Below, piece after piece: positions 1 to 12,620 of a stretch of 64,000 nucleotides of DNA. The stretch comes from Emiliania huxleyi CCMP1516. Its lineage: Eukaryota. Every line of letters starts with the position of its first letter. The stretch's first letter is position 1. Location of the stretch: positions 64,853-128,852 of the forward strand of contig NW_005201165.1 of assembly GCF_000372725.1 (NCBI RefSeq), written 5' to 3'. Both the position numbers and the translations under genes were made by a program. Under the pieces are notes generated by a model, which was given only the letters and a program-made list of their open reading frames with translations, was not told the DNA's origin and searched no databases.

Positions 1-53
1 CCGCGTCCATTATCCGCTTTTCTCTCGCGAGTCAGGCGAGAGAGGCAGTTCCA

Positions 54-902
54 GTGGAGTTGAGCGCTCGCATTTTCCCCAGCGAGGGCTCAAACGCCAC
101 TCTCGGAGAAGCGCTGGTTGCGGCGACCACGCTCTTCGCCTCGCCGCACCTCGCGAGCTCGGTGCTCGGCGCAGAGGTGGCCGCCTTTCGTGGCGTCTCG
201 CTGCTCTATCACAACCCCCCTCCATTGGCGCCGCCCCCTTTTTCGCCGCCAGAGAAGAGAGGGTGGAGCTGGAGGAGGCGACTGGCGCTGATACTGGGGC
301 TGTGCATACCCCTTGGCCTACTCGGCCTCTGCCTCATCGCCGCCGTGGTCGGCGTGTGCGTGCGACGGCGCCGCGGCAGGCAAAAGCAGGCTGGCGTGGC
401 ACCGGCCCCCTCCAAATCTGAGGCTGGAGGGTCGCCATCGGCGGAGCCGGCACCGGCTCGGCTCTCTCTTGCCGATGCCGCCTGCGCTAGTCACGCGGCC
501 GCTAGCGCCGGCGCTGCGCTGCGACTGCACGCAGCGATCGCAAAGCTCCCCGGAGGCGACGATGACACCAAGGAGACCAACACGGCCGACACCGCTGTCG
601 AACCGCCGCCCGCAGCAGAGTCCAGGCCGCCAGCGCCCTTCTCCATTGCGAATGCTGCGGCGGCGCACTCGGCAGCCTCGAGCGCCGGTGCAGCGCTGGC
701 AGCGCACGCGGCCATCTCAAGACTACCAGGCCCCGATGCGAGCGAGTCGGGCGGGGGCAAGCTCGAGCCGATTCAAAGTGCGCCCGCGTTCACGCTACCG
801 CCGCTGCCGGCCGGGCTGCCGCGCGTGAATTCGAGCCAGTTTGAGATTTCGAGCGCGAGCGCCTCCGTGTCGCAAAAGAAGGAGCAAGCGCAGCTAGATT
901 GA
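54..902 (+). CDS. C-terminal part of a single-pass membrane protein, hypothetical (5' end probably outside the window)
   Basis: Pro-rich stretch, then a hydrophobic segment (LALILGLCIPLGLLGLCLIAAVVGVCV) followed by a basic stop-transfer RRRRGR. Two ~30-aa internal repeats (ADAACASHAAASAGAALRLHAAIAKLPG / ANAAAAHSAASSAGAALAAHAAISRLPG). Confidence 0.55.
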   Translation: MELSARIFPSEGSNATLGEALVAATTLFASPHLASSVLGAEVAAFRGVSLLYHNPPPLAPPPFSPPEKRGWSWRRRLALILGLCIPLGLLGLCLIAAVVGVCVRRRRGRQKQAGVAPAPSKSEAGGSPSAEPAPARLSLADAACASHAAASAGAALRLHAAIAKLPGGDDDTKETNTADTAVEPPPAAESRPPAPFSIANAAAAHSAASSAGAALAAHAAISRLPGPDASESGGGKLEPIQSAPAFTLPPLPAGLPRVNSSQFEISSASASVSQKKEQAQLD

Positions 903-1299
903 GCGTCTGCGGTGTTGGTTCTGAGGCTTGGGTATCCCTTAGCCATTGATACCTGTACGTCCATGAAAGAGTATAAAACGTGTACGTTTATAGTTGCAAT
1001 TGATCACGAGAGATTTATCTATCTAAATCCGCGGGGTACATTTCTTGTTTAGGGGGTAAGGCCGAGGCAGAAAAGGTTTCCTTTTTTCTCCGTTTTCTTC
1101 ACACGATTTTTCCTGTGAAGAGAAGCGTAGAGAAACGGACCTTTCAAACTCGGTGTCGAAACACCAGCCCGACGCGCACGACAGTTCCACTTCAAAATCT
1201 TTTTCATGTTCACTTAGAGAATGAATACATGTACATTGCAACTTAGAGCCGTCGTTTTGTGCACGGACCGCATCGATCCCGTCGTCAAAGCTCAACGCA

Positions 1300-2190
1300 A
1301 TGGCCGAGGCAGCGACAGCGTCCGGTCTGCCCCCGCCCGCCACCTGCACGGCGCTGGCTTCCCTGCGCGTGACCACTTGCGGCGAGCAGGGATGCACCCC
1401 GCAAGCGGTGAATGCCCGTCCCGGAGACAATCTGTCGTTTGCAGTCTGCGTCGAGAACCACTCTCACCGCGGGAGCTCTGTTGACTATGTGCCCGCTACA
1501 CTGATGGAGGGTGCGCTGGTCAGCGTGCGCTTAGCGTGCTCCGACTTCTCCGCGCATGCGTCTGGCTGGACCTGCGCCGCCGGGTGGGATGGCCTTGTGG
1601 AGGCTGTGAGCTTTTTGCCCAGTCAGGAGCTCTACGTCGGAAGCTTCGAGATGGGGGAGTGCCACCGACTCTTCTCCGATCCGAGCTGGATCAGGTGCGT
1701 CTACGAACCCGCCTCGTGCAAACCTATTCGCCCTTGCGCACAACTTCGGCTGAGTCGGTCGGTTGAGCTCACTCCTGCAGGCCGCGGGGCCACGGTGGCT
1801 GCAAGTGGGCAGAGCAACGGCGGAGAAGTATGCCTTGGCACCCTTACAGTCCGGCTGCAAGATCAACCGTCTGCGCTACTAGACGGGATCTCAACCACAG
1901 GAGCGCCGATCAAGGTGGCGGTCGTCGCCGACGCTGCACCCGGCTCGATCGCCGTCGACCGTTGCACTGCTAGCGGCTTGCAGCAGCGGATTGGGGCGGA
2001 AGGGCACTCAGAGTACTACATCAGCGGACCACCGCCACCGCCGTTGCCATTGCAGCTACCACCACCCTTGTGGCCACCGCCCTCTGCAGCCCGAGGATGT
2101 CCGCCCACGTGCGGAGGCTTGTCATGTGATCAGTACCCTTCGACACGACCGCCACCGTCCGGCGGCAAGGCATACGCTCTGAGGCCGTAG
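1300..2190 (+). CDS. Hypothetical Cys-containing protein with a Pro-rich C-terminal region
   Basis: 296-aa ATG-initiated ORF with protein-like composition; no family recognised. Confidence 0.4.
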   Translation: MAEAATASGLPPPATCTALASLRVTTCGEQGCTPQAVNARPGDNLSFAVCVENHSHRGSSVDYVPATLMEGALVSVRLACSDFSAHASGWTCAAGWDGLVEAVSFLPSQELYVGSFEMGECHRLFSDPSWIRCVYEPASCKPIRPCAQLRLSRSVELTPAGRGATVAASGQSNGGEVCLGTLTVRLQDQPSALLDGISTTGAPIKVAVVADAAPGSIAVDRCTASGLQQRIGAEGHSEYYISGPPPPPLPLQLPPPLWPPPSAARGCPPTCGGLSCDQYPSTRPPPSGGKAYALRP

Positions 2191-2845
2191 AATAGCGACG
2201 GCTGCATCTAGCTCTTTGCGCGGGTCAAGCAAGTGTACCTGCCTGGCCTCCCCTTGATGGTCCTATAGGCGGGCTTCTCCACAGGCAGGAGTCGATCTTG
2301 GAGGAGGGGCAGGCGTGCTGTACCGACCCGTCGTGGCTTCGCATCTACCTCTTGCCAGCGGCTCTCCTCGGCACCAGAGCACTCCATCTGAGCGCCAGAG
2401 CCTGTCCTGCTCCTGGCGCGGGTCCCTACGCACGCCCTTACAATCATACGCATAAAAAACCCCAAGAGAGTAGTAGGAAGGCGGGAGAATCCAAAAAAGC
2501 CGCGCAAAAAGCCACAAAAACCCAGAAGGACTCAATCAATCGATTGTACTGACTGCGGTGGTGTGAGTGAATGCACCATGAGCAAAAACCTGACGAGGCC
2601 TGTAAGTACATTACGAGAGTTTCTCTCTCTCTCCCAGTAAGCTAAAAGTACGTACATTAAAAAATGGGACAAACTAAAAGCCAGCTGCTAAAAGCCGCGG
2701 CAAGACACACAAAGACATACAAAATGGGCCACTACTGCATGGGGGTTAGCGGATTTGCCTCGTCCCCCTTCCAGTTGGTCCCCTTCTTAAAGTGGCTGGG
2801 ACTGGCTTGCCGACTTGGCCGCGTGCTCTAACTACACGCTGCGAC

Positions 2846-3661
2846 ATGCCTAGCCCCTTGCCGGCTTCGTTGCCTCTGGCCAACACCACCCTGCTGCAGC
2901 AGCGGCCCACGAAGCGGCGGCGACGTCAGTCTTACAATACAGAGTTTAAGATCAAGCTTGTCAAGCTGGCACTCTCGCGGCCGAGCGGACAACGAATCAA
3001 GCCCACCTGTCGCGAGTTCCCCGAGGTTGAGCCGGCGCGACGCACCTGCCAAATTGCCCCACCAAGCTCCGCCCCTCCTGAAACCCATTTTTCGCCATAG
3101 GTCCAGTTGAGGAAATGGATAAGAGCGTTCGAGGCGTCGGTGCTGGCGTCCCCCTTGGTGGGTAGCGCCCAAGCGCCCGCGACCACCGAGCCGGACGTGC
3201 AGGATTCGGATCCCAGCTTGGCAGTGGCTAGCGCCCAAGCGCCCGCGACCACCGAGCCGGACGTGCAGGATTCGGATCCCAGCTTGGCAGTGGCTGTGCC
3301 GGTGCTGGCACTCCCGCTCGCTGTGCCCTGTGGCATCATTATGCAGGGCAGCTACGCCTTCGCTGCCGCCTCGCCGGCGGCTGCCTCGCCGCCCATGCTA
3401 CCCGCATTGACCGTCCCTCCAACTGTGCGCGGGACCGCCATCTCTCGGGAGCGGCCTGTCGTCGCGGCGGCTTCGCCAGTGGCCGCTGTAGCAGTGCTGG
3501 CAGCGCCTCCGGTTCCGGTGATGCTGCTGGAGGCGCCGGCGCCGGTGCCGATCTGCCAAGTCGCGCCATTCCCTCCCGCGGCCGCGAGCATGCCAGCACG
3601 CCCACGTGGGACGCAGGCCGAGGCAGAAGCTGCTGAGGACTTGCTACTGCTGAGTCGGTGA
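2846..3661 (+). CDS. Helix-turn-helix (Brinker/CENP-B-like) DNA-binding protein, 2 exons (2846-3034, 3101-3661)
   Basis: Removing a GC-AG intron at 3035-3100 gives RRRRQSYNTEFKIKLVKLAL...IKPTCREFPEVEP|VQLRKWIR in frame, an HTH-like pattern. C-terminus ends AAEDLLLLSR. Confidence 0.6.
3164..3295 (+). repeat. Perfect 66-bp in-frame tandem duplication (SAQAPATTEPDVQDSDPSLAVA x2)
   Basis: 3164-3229 is identical to 3230-3295. Confidence 0.95.
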
Positions 3662-4315
3662 GGGGGCTCAGGCCTCAGAGGGCTCAGCAGGGTGCTAGCT
3701 AGCAGGTAGCAGGATTGCGAGATAGGTGCGAGGGGAAGGAGGAGAGAGGGAAGCGCGGAAGAGTCGAGGAAGTCATCGACCGTCGTGGTCGGGACGGGTT
3801 CTCCAGCGCACCAGTCCCTTGGGTAGAGTGCCGCCCGTTCTGGCCTCTTGTCTTACCTATATAGCGAGAGAGCCAGGGAGAGCAAACACGATAGACAATC
3901 CAGACAGGACTCAGGAGGGAGGTGAGCTGGACGAGGAGGAGCGATCTCAGCGCTGTGATCACATGCGAGTCAAGCAACAAGAGAGTCGGGGAGTCACAGT
4001 GTCAGTGAGCATGTGAGCTCATTTGGGAGGTGTATTGTTTCCAATGGCGGGCAGATGGCGGGGGGGACACGACGGGGCGCTACTCACAGGTTTTTAGCAC
4101 ACTGAATATCTGAAAAAAGTGTATACGCGCGCATTTAATGTGGTGGCGCGCGTCATACTGAGAAGTCCTCCGTCTCGGCCAAACCCTGCTGCTGCTGCGG
4201 CTCCTCGAGCCCGATGAATTCCCGGCTCACCAAGCCGACTCGCACCTACAGCCGAGAAGCAGCTCGGACACGCCGCCGAGGGATCACCGAGGTCCGCCCG
4301 GCCGGCGACTCGCGG

Positions 4316-7300
4316 CTAGCTCACCCTCCGGCTCGCGCTCAGCTTGACGCGGATCGACTTCCACCGCGACCTGTTCACAGCAGTGCGGTGTGAATAGAGA
4401 CGCGATTCACAGCGTGAGGCGGGCCGATGTCCATCGCGACCGCGGCCGCACGCGCGGCCGGAGCTGCACGCCCGCCGCCGCCAGCGCCTCGTCGCCGGCA
4501 GAGAGGGAGGCGCCGGGCGGTGCGCTCGCACTCGTCAGTCTGCTCGCCCACGAGGCCGTCGTGCGGCCAGAGGTGGACCCGCCCGACCAGCTCGACTCCG
4601 CAATCCCGCCCCACGAGGCGGCGGGCGGGCGGGAGGCGGCGGGCGAGGCGAGTGGAGGCATGGAGGAGCGGCTCGGCAGCAGCGACGGGCGGGAGGCCGT
4701 CTGCGTGAGCGCCTTGGCCTGGCATGGGGCGAGGGCGAGAGATGGGCGAGAGATGGGCGAGACGCAGCCGAGGTATAGGCGAGAGACGGGGGAGAGACGG
4801 GAGGGGTGTGAGGTTGGCCGACCTTTCGCGGGGCGAGGGCACGCAGCGCGCGCAGCTTGAGCGGGACGGAGAGGAATACGTTGTTCGACAGGTGCGACGA
4901 GCGGCTCCCCGCGCCCGACTGCACCGCGTCGGCGACGAAGGAGAGGCCCGCCCCCACGGTCAGGGAGCAGCTCAGCTGCCCCGTGCCGCGCGTCGTCCCC
5001 TTCCACACCAGCGGCTGAGAGACCTCCAGCCGCCCGCCCACACCCTCGCCGCCCGTGCTGCAGCGGCCCCACGCTCCCCTCGCGGAGCTGCGCGGCCACG
5101 AGTGCGACTGCGCGCCGATGCTGCCGCCAGGCGCCTCCGCGAGCGCCCCGCCGCTGCCGCTGCTGTCGCCCCCGCCCCCCTCACCACGCCTCGGCCCTTC
5201 TCCGGAGGCTTCGCCGCTGCTGCGGCCGGCGGCGCCCCCCCCCGCGCGGAGCAACCGCTCGACGGGCTCCGAGAGAGGGACCATTGCCGTGCCTGTGAAC
5301 GGGCGGGGGGTGAGGCGACCCTCCCCCCCTCGCTCGGGTGAGCAGCACCGCCGGTCAGCGCCGAGCGGGTCGTCCTTCGAGCCGATGTCGCGGTCGAAGA
5401 CAGCCAGGATGAGCGTGACATGCCGCAAGTCTGCGAGCGAGCACGAGAAGCGCAGCAGAGGCAGCTCCGCCTCGCACCAGCTGCACGTATCGTCGGCGCC
5501 CTCGCCCCCGAAGCCAGCCGACGGGCCGCGCACCGAGCCGCCCATCACGGCGCGCCACGCCCTCGCCTCGCCGGTCACGGCGGTCCCTAGTGGAGTGAGT
5601 CGAGGAGTTGGGCTCTCGCGCCCCTTGCTGACCTCCCTCGCCCGCCCCGGGTGCGCCCGTCGCGAGGACACCCTTCTTGACCGAGGAGGTCGGGACCGGC
5701 CCGCCGAGCAGGCCGGGCGGGTTGGTGAAGAAGGCGATGTACCTGCGAGCCACACGTCCACGAGGCGTCCAGGGCGTGCCCCGCCGCAAGGGTGTGGGGC
5801 GGGGGAGTGGGACGCACGGGTCGCTGCGGCCGCTCAGGTCGGCGGGGATGATGCCTTGCAGGGAGAGGGAGCCGAGCCGGGCGCACGTGGTTGCGGTCGC
5901 CTAGTGTAGCGGTGACCGCGGAGGGGTCGCAGAGGGGACAGAGAGGAAGACATCGCAACGCGCCTCGTGCTGCGCCTCGTGCTGCGCGCGGCTCGAGCCG
6001 GCGGCGCCTAAATGAGTCGCCGGTCACCGTGAAGCGCTCCCCTCCCCGCGCCGCGACTCTGGGGCCGGCGGCGCCGTGCAGCCGCGCCGAAGCGGCCACC
6101 TCGAAAGTGGCGAAGACGGGCTTGTGGTCCGAGGTGGAGACGCCTGCTCGCAGCAGCGGCACTGGCGAGGCTTCGCAGCGGGTGCGAGCGTGCGGGCGGG
6201 GGGCAGGGCGCCCGGCACGGCGGCGAGGCTGGTCTGCGTTACGGCAGAGGAGCCTCGTCCCGGCATTGATCGCCAGAGGATGCGGTCGCAATACGAGGGG
6301 ATGCGCTGCTGCTTGTAGTGCGCGCCGCGCTGGCGCAGCACCTTGAAGGTCGGAGGGAAGGAGTACTGCCCCTCGGAGAAGCGAGCGAGCACGTCGCCCG
6401 CTCGCTGCGAGTGGCGAAGCTGGTCGGCCTCCCACAGCGCCTGTTCACGGCGGCGGGTGTGAAGAGAGGCGCCGCGAGGGGAGAGGGGGCCGGCCCGCCG
6501 ACGTCGCAGCTGCCTCCCAATCCTCCTCCTCCACCAAGTCTCGCACGGCGGCGTGGTGGGCCTCGTGCTCCTTGAGCGCCTCGGCCGGCAAGCCGGCCGC
6601 CTGCTGGCCACCAGTTCAACTCATGACTTGGCCACTCAATTTTAACCAATGACACTGGCAGGCCGGCCGCCTGCTGGCCAAGCTTGAGGTCGACCTGTTC
6701 ACGACAGGGTGTGTGAAGACACGCCGCCCGCACGAGTCTGCTCGCCGAGCGTCCGGCCGAGACCCTGTAGTTGAGGTCTCCGAACCAGAAGCAGTGGTCG
6801 AACTGCGACGCGACGTCGAGCCGCCCACGCGCGGCGCGCCTCTGCTCGCCGATGGCGCCGGCCTAGCGAGCGGAATCAGCGGTGCGTCGAGCGTGGGACC
6901 AGGCCGGCCTCTGCTCGCCGCCCGCCGTCTCGAGGTGTGCAGACCGCGCACGTCCCTCGGCATCTCGACTCGAGCATCGCCATCTCGATGTCTCCGGCTT
7001 GATAGTCTGGCAAGACCGTGGCTGCATCTCGGCTGCGTCTCGGCTGCATCTCGGCTGCGTCTCGGCTTCGTCTCGGCTGCATCTCGGCTGCATCTCGGCT
7101 GCATCTTGCCGTCTCGGAGAGGATCTCCTTGCACATCTCGTTCCGCTCGCGGTTCTTGTGGTCGTGCGCCGCGAGGTGGCACGAGACGAAGGCGAGCGAG
7201 GTGGTGCCGAGGTGGAAGGAGATGGCCAGTCCGCCCTTGTTGCCGACCACGCCTCCCAGGCCGGTGGCAGAGACGGCGGAGCGGACGGAGTGGGCCGAGG

Positions 7301-8074
7301 TGCGGAGCGCGGCGCGCACGAAGACGGCGAGGTGCCTACTCCACCAGCGATGCGTCACGCGCGGAACCGGTCCAGCGGGGCGCGCACCGACGGAGCGAGC
7401 TGCATCTGGCGCAGCGACGCGTGCTTGAGCACCACCCACTGCCTCCCTCCTCCTCCTCCTCCCGCCAGCCGCGCGAGGATCATCTTCTCCCACACGCGGT
7501 GCGGGCCGCCGCCGCGGATCGACTGCACCGCCGCGTCCGCCGCGTCCGCCGCCGAGTTCCGCGCCGGCCCAGCAGAGAGCGACGCCTCCTCCGCCGTCTC
7601 ATCCTCGCCGTCGCTCTCGCGCCCGTTGAGCGAGATGTGGGGAGCGGCCGCGCTCGCGCCTTTCGCCTTGTCCTTGGTCGAGAACTTGTTCTCCTGCGTG
7701 CCCACCGCCAGCACATCCAACCCGTCGCCGCCCTCGGCGAGCCAGAGCGAGAGCTGCGCCGCGTCCGGAGGAGCGTTGCCAACGTTCCAAGTGAAGACGC
7801 CGAGGCGGATAGGAGGTTCCGGCTCGTCGTCGAGATCGGAGGACTGGTGCCCTCCAAAGAAGCGGCTCGTGCTGCGCGGCGAGGCGAGACGGGCGAACGC
7901 CCCGGTGAAGACCGTGCTCAGTGACCGCGCCGAGGAGCCGGGAGTGGTCGGAGTGGTCCCGAGCGTGGCGCTGCTGCTGCTGCTGCCCTCGATCGCAGAG
8001 AAGGACGGCTCGTCCGGCCGCAGCGATGAAGGCCGTGGGCCTCGCGGCCGCACAGCCTCTCCATGGTCGGCCAT
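4316..8074 (-). CDS. Inositol polyphosphate 5-phosphatase with a C-terminal C2-like domain, multi-exon; 3' end approximate
   Basis: Motifs VFTWNVGN, VGTQE, GNKGGLAISF, FVSCHLAAH, FWFGDLNYR, FPPTFK, PSYCDRILW and SDHKPV occur in order across exons, followed by C2-like LILAVFDRDIGSKDDPLG. Confidence 0.88.
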
Positions 8075-8583
8075 TGTGGGCTTTGTCGCCGGCGCGCGCT
8101 GCAAGGAGACAGAGAGCGCCGAAACGAAAGAAGAATTCCTCGGAGGTCACAGCACACTGGCACGACAAGGGCGCGGACTGGCGCGGAGTGGCACACACAC
8201 TCGAAAGAAGAACGTTCGTGTAATCCGCCCTGGTAAGTGCTCGAAACGAGAGTGGACCTGAGCGACATGACTTGGCGGCAAATGGTCGGAGTGGGAGTCA
8301 GAATGTGGACCTTGCGGAGGAGAGCTCGATCGATCGATAAACTCTTGGGACTTGGGTCTACTTTCATGAGCGGCGACATTGTAACACCGTCACAAAAGTG
8401 ATGCACGTATTGGGAGCGCGACTGTACCTAGATACTCGTAGCTAGGGAAAGAAGCCCTCTCAGACAACCTCCAAATGCGCTGCGGCTGCCCATCGCATGC
8501 CGATGTTTCGCCCCCACTCATCGCCCGTTTGTCGATGCCTGCCCCCGATCCTCCTTGGCCCAGAGCTCGCGCTCGAGCTCCGC

Positions 8584-11349
8584 CTATGCCTCAATCGTGT
8601 AACGCTTGTGGCATCGTGTCACGCTTCCATCTCGCGGGCGCGCGGTTGGGATCGCCTGCCGCTTCTTTCCCTCGGGGTCTGAGAAGTTGGAAGGGTTGTA
8701 GATGCAGTTGAAGACGCAGCCCGTCTTCTTTGCGATCTCCATCTCTTTGAAGCCCGACCAGTCGGGCGGACAGATCATCGGGCAATCAGCAAACCTGAAG
8801 TGAGGTGAGGTCTGGACTCACGAAAGGGCGAACGGCTGGCAGTTGCTCCCATCCCACGTCCGCAAGCGCCCTCAGGCATCCCTTGGGCGATGGCGCGTCG
8901 TACCTCCCACGCTGCAGCGCCGGCTCCATCACGCGGTGGTAGAGGCGGCCGTACTCGCCCCTGTCGTTGCGATTCTGTCGCCGGCACCGCTCTTCCTTGG
9001 CGTCGGCAGCAGCGGCGACAAATACTCCATGCGCGCGGTGCAAGTCGCGGCCGGTGAACGGCTCCACCTGTTACAGCTAAGCGGTGATCGAACGCTCCTC
9101 ACAGCATCAGTCGCGGCGGGGAATTGCTCCGCCTGCAACCACACGTCCGCCGCCGGGGCAGCGGCTACGGTGGCGGCCGACCGCTTCTTCCCGCTGTGTG
9201 GCTTTGCCGCCTTCGAGCGAGGAGGCTGCCGCTCCAAGAGAGACCTTCCCTGCTTGCGCCTCCGGCTGACCGGTGTCGGTGCAAGCGTCGCCGGCAGCGA
9301 CCGCAAGACACGGTTGGTCGCGTTGATGAGCTGCTCCTGTTCACACAAGGGTGCGTGAACACAGCCGCTCCGAGGCTGGCGCGGCTGCTGGAGTGGCTGC
9401 TCCTCCGCAATGGCCGTGTAGAAGGAGAAACTTCCCAGCACCCCGTGCCCTCTCACGTCGGCCATCCGGCAAGGCCAGTCCGCGCCGATGCACTGCATCG
9501 CGGCGCGCATCTCGCAGTAGGACACCTTGCCCTCGCGCAAGCCGCGCACCTTCAGCAGACAAGACACGCTCGCCGCGATCGTGCCCGGTTCGGTCGGACG
9601 CCTCAGACAATCGCACTCAGTCTTGGATGATCTAAGACAATCTCGGATAACATCTTGCCTGGTCGTCCAGCAGCCGGACGCTGTAGCGGGTGGCGGGCAG
9701 CAGGCAGCCCCAGCGGCCATCGGCGGCGATGGGGTGGTTGGCCTCGTCCTTGTGCGCCCAGTCGGCGGGAGGCTCACCTGCAAGTGCATGAGTTGCATCA
9801 GTCATCAGTAGGGTTCCCTCTGGCTCGACGGAGGGCTGACGGCGATGAGAGCGTGGCGGTGTGTGCAGAGGCTGTTTCGGAGTGGCAAGATGGTCTGCAA
9901 ACGGCTACGGCAGCCTCGCCGAGCCCCTCGCACAGCAAGTCGTGATGCGGCGAGTAGAGCGAGAGGGTGGAGGGCAGCTGGCCAGTCCAGCCGATATCGT
10001 GCTGAAGGATCCACACCTGCTGCACGCCATGCTCGAGCAGCTTGCGCCGGTGCGTGACGTACCATAGGATACCTGGCGGGATCACACTGGCTATAAGTCG
10101 AGTGGCTCTACGGATAGTTGCGGCAGGTGTGACTGCGAGAAGAACACCTGGCAAGTCGCATAGGTTGGCCAGCCAGACGGGCTGCCGCGTGTCGGACCAT
10201 CGGATCTCGTGCGCCTTCGCCAGCACCCCAGGGAAGAGGCGTTCGAGCAATGCCTCGCTCACGACCGAGACGCTCGAGTTGCCGACCGCCCTCGCGAGCA
10301 TTACCGCTGCTTTGGCGTCCTCCCGCTCGGCATACCCGGGGTAGTAACGGCAGAGACTCGAGAGCCGCTCCGGGAAGTGGCATGTCCGGCTGACCTGTGC
10401 CACGCGGTAAAAGTGCGGAGTCTGCGAGAACTGCGCCCTTGCGCGCGCCAGCCGCACGGCGAGGCTGGGCGTGACCGCCATTGACGCTACGGTGTGAACC
10501 TGTTCACAGATCGACGTGTGAAGAGGCGATGGAGAAGCATGAGGGGGCGATCGATGCGGCGATGTGCACCATCGCAAAGATTGCCGGCCGCTGGGACTGC
10601 TCCTCGACCCGCTGCCGCGCTGCCTCGACCGCCGCGTCGGGCGCGCAAGTGGAGATCCCGCGGTCGGTGCGACTGACGTCTTGCGGACCGACTAGGCCGT
10701 AGTCGGTGTGGCCGACGCAGGCGCGGTCGGAGAGGGTCCACATCGTGCACTCGGCTTTGAGCTGCGCCAGCTGCACGCGGCCGCCNNNNNNNNNNNNNNN
10801 NNNNNNNNNNNNNNNNNNNNNNNNNNNNNNNNNNNNNNNNNNNNNNNNNNNNNNNNNNNNNNNNNNNNNNNNNNNNNNNNNNNNNGGCCGCCGCGGCGCA
10901 GCTCGTCGGGTCCCTTGGCGTAGAAGGTGTCGCACAGCCGGCCACACTCGTCGGGTGAGTCTAGGCGGATAGGGACGCAACAGTTAGCATCACGACGGCG
11001 ATGGAGCAGGGCGAGCGTGCAGGGAGAATGTTCATGTAGCAAAGAGGAGGGCCGCAGCAAGGCTACCACCTGCCTCGCCAAGGTAGAACCGGTGCTCCAT
11101 CATATCCTTGTGGCCGCACACGAAGTCAGAGAACATCATTCCAGTGAATGGGTCCACTGCGCCGCACTTGCACACATCGCACGCCCGGCACCGGCACTCT
11201 CCGCACTGCTCGGCTGAGCAGCCAGCCTCGCAGCTCTCGCGCTCGAGCTCTGGTACACCTTTGCGATTGACGACACAAAAGCCCTTCTCGACAGTGGCGC
11301 CCGGAACGAGACTCGCTAGGGTGACGCTGAGCCCAAGCGTGACCAGCAT
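8584..11349 (-). CDS. Putative secreted multi-exon protein (Cys-rich N-terminus, possible glycosyltransferase-like region); spans an N gap and may be two genes
   Basis: Signal-peptide-like start MLVTLGLSVTLASLVPG, Cys-rich exon (CEAGCSAEQCGECRCRACDVCKC), a VWILQHDIGWTG segment and typical intron acceptors at 10500 and 9337. Confidence 0.4.
10786..10885. other. Assembly gap (100 N)
   Basis: Run of N. Confidence 1.
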
Positions 11350-11450
11350 GCCGCGGTTTGGGCGAGTGAGCACGCGCGGCGCCCGGCAGCAGTCCTTTCA
11401 GCGGCGGCGGGCGCTTGCGCGGTGTTTTTATTTTGTTTCTTTATGTTCAT

Positions 11451-11556
11451 TCACAGATGCATGTAGGTTGATGAGAAACAAGAAGCACACATCCCACAGA
11501 TAGGTTGACAAGAAACAAGAAGCTAACATCTTCACACAGGTAGGTTGATAAGAATT
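11451..11556 (-). repeat. Three degenerate ~40-bp tandem copies of a dispersed motif (cacagataggttgataagaaacaagaagc); further copies at ~12098 and 16451
   Basis: Direct sequence comparison. Confidence 0.75.
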
Positions 11557-11704
11557 TTTACAACTAACGCAAGAGAGCGAATCAAGGAGGGAGGGTCGGG
11601 ACCCTGGGAAGGCGAGGCCGAGGGGTGAGCCCTCAGGCGGGGGGTCTACTCGAACGTCTACGCAAGTGAGTGTAGAGGGGTGGTGTGGGGCGTGCAGTGT
11701 AGTG

Positions 11705-11781
11705 TTGAGCACTTGAGCACTGGATAGGGTCGATTCCGCATGGTACGGGACCCCTCGATCGTCTCGCGTGTAGTGTTCATT
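11705..11781 (-). mobile_element. Short retroposon-like 3' end with a (CAAGTGCT)n tail; family also at 12214-12266, 15959-16013 and 56931-57027
   Basis: Shared core ccgtaccatgcggaatcgacccta followed by caagtgct repeats; 5' extents vary. Confidence 0.7.
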
Positions 11782-12266
11782 AGCTCCGAGTAGAGGGGGC
11801 GTCCTGCAGTTAAGGGGAAACCCGGTACGCGGGGCTAACCCTCGGAGACCTGTGTTTACTTTATGGCCCTCTCCCTGCGAACGCGCACCCCCCCCTAGGG
11901 GTCAGGGCTCTCTAGCCCGTAGCCCGATCCCGATCATCCGGCCCGCTGGGTGCGCTCTTAGCTTCCCGGCCCTGGATGTGAGGCTAATGACTGCACTCCA
12001 AGTGCTCCAAGTACGCAAGTACTCTCTCACACTTACCAGAACACGCTCTTCTCTCTTACTTACTAGGCACGGGACTGGCGCGCACTGGCACTAACACTAG
12101 GTTGATAAGCAACAATAAGCGCACATCGCAGACAGGGAGGGTGTGAGAGGCGGACCTAAGCGCTAAGGAAAGCCCTACATCTCTTTATTTACCACCCATT
12201 TAGTTAGTTAGTTGGGGTCCCGTACCATGCGGAATCGACCCTATCCATCCAGTGCTCAAGTGCTCA

Positions 12267-12380
12267 GGTAGGAAGGTGAAGAACAGCCAGGCTCGGACTG
12301 GACACCAACGCGGTATGGGTGGACGCGAGACAGATGATGACGAGACGCACGAGCGACACACAGACACAAACAAGCTCACA
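12267..12380 (-). mobile_element. Dispersed repeat whose other copies end in (CCTAA/TCTAA)n tails; copies at 20494-20557 and 40840-40970
   Basis: Shared ctcggactggacaccaacgcggtat core in three places. Confidence 0.65.
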
Positions 12381-12620
12381 AGACACCAGCCCTGCCTGAG
12401 AGCCTGACTGCGCTCCCGCTCGACAGAGTTGGGTACGATTCACACAGACCTTGCTATTTCCGTTTCTTTCTGAGAGGTGAGGTCTTCATACCCTCACACA
12501 AAGGCACAAACAACCCCGGACCCAAGATCACGCACCATCAGAAGTTTCACGTTCACTCCAATCGTGAATCGATTCAACGCAGCGTCCCTGACCGAAACCG
12601 ACACACGCTTGGACTTTGCA

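Noticed and set aside
11451..11556. CRISPR-like spaced repeats
   Set aside because: Only three degenerate adjacent copies with no unique spacers, no cas genes and a eukaryotic context; they match a dispersed repeat end.
11705..12266. MITE defined by the inverted pair 11705-11754 / 12214-12266
   Set aside because: The same sequence occurs singly at 15959 and 56931 with variable 5' length and a tandem tail, which fits independent retroposon ends better. No TSD seen.
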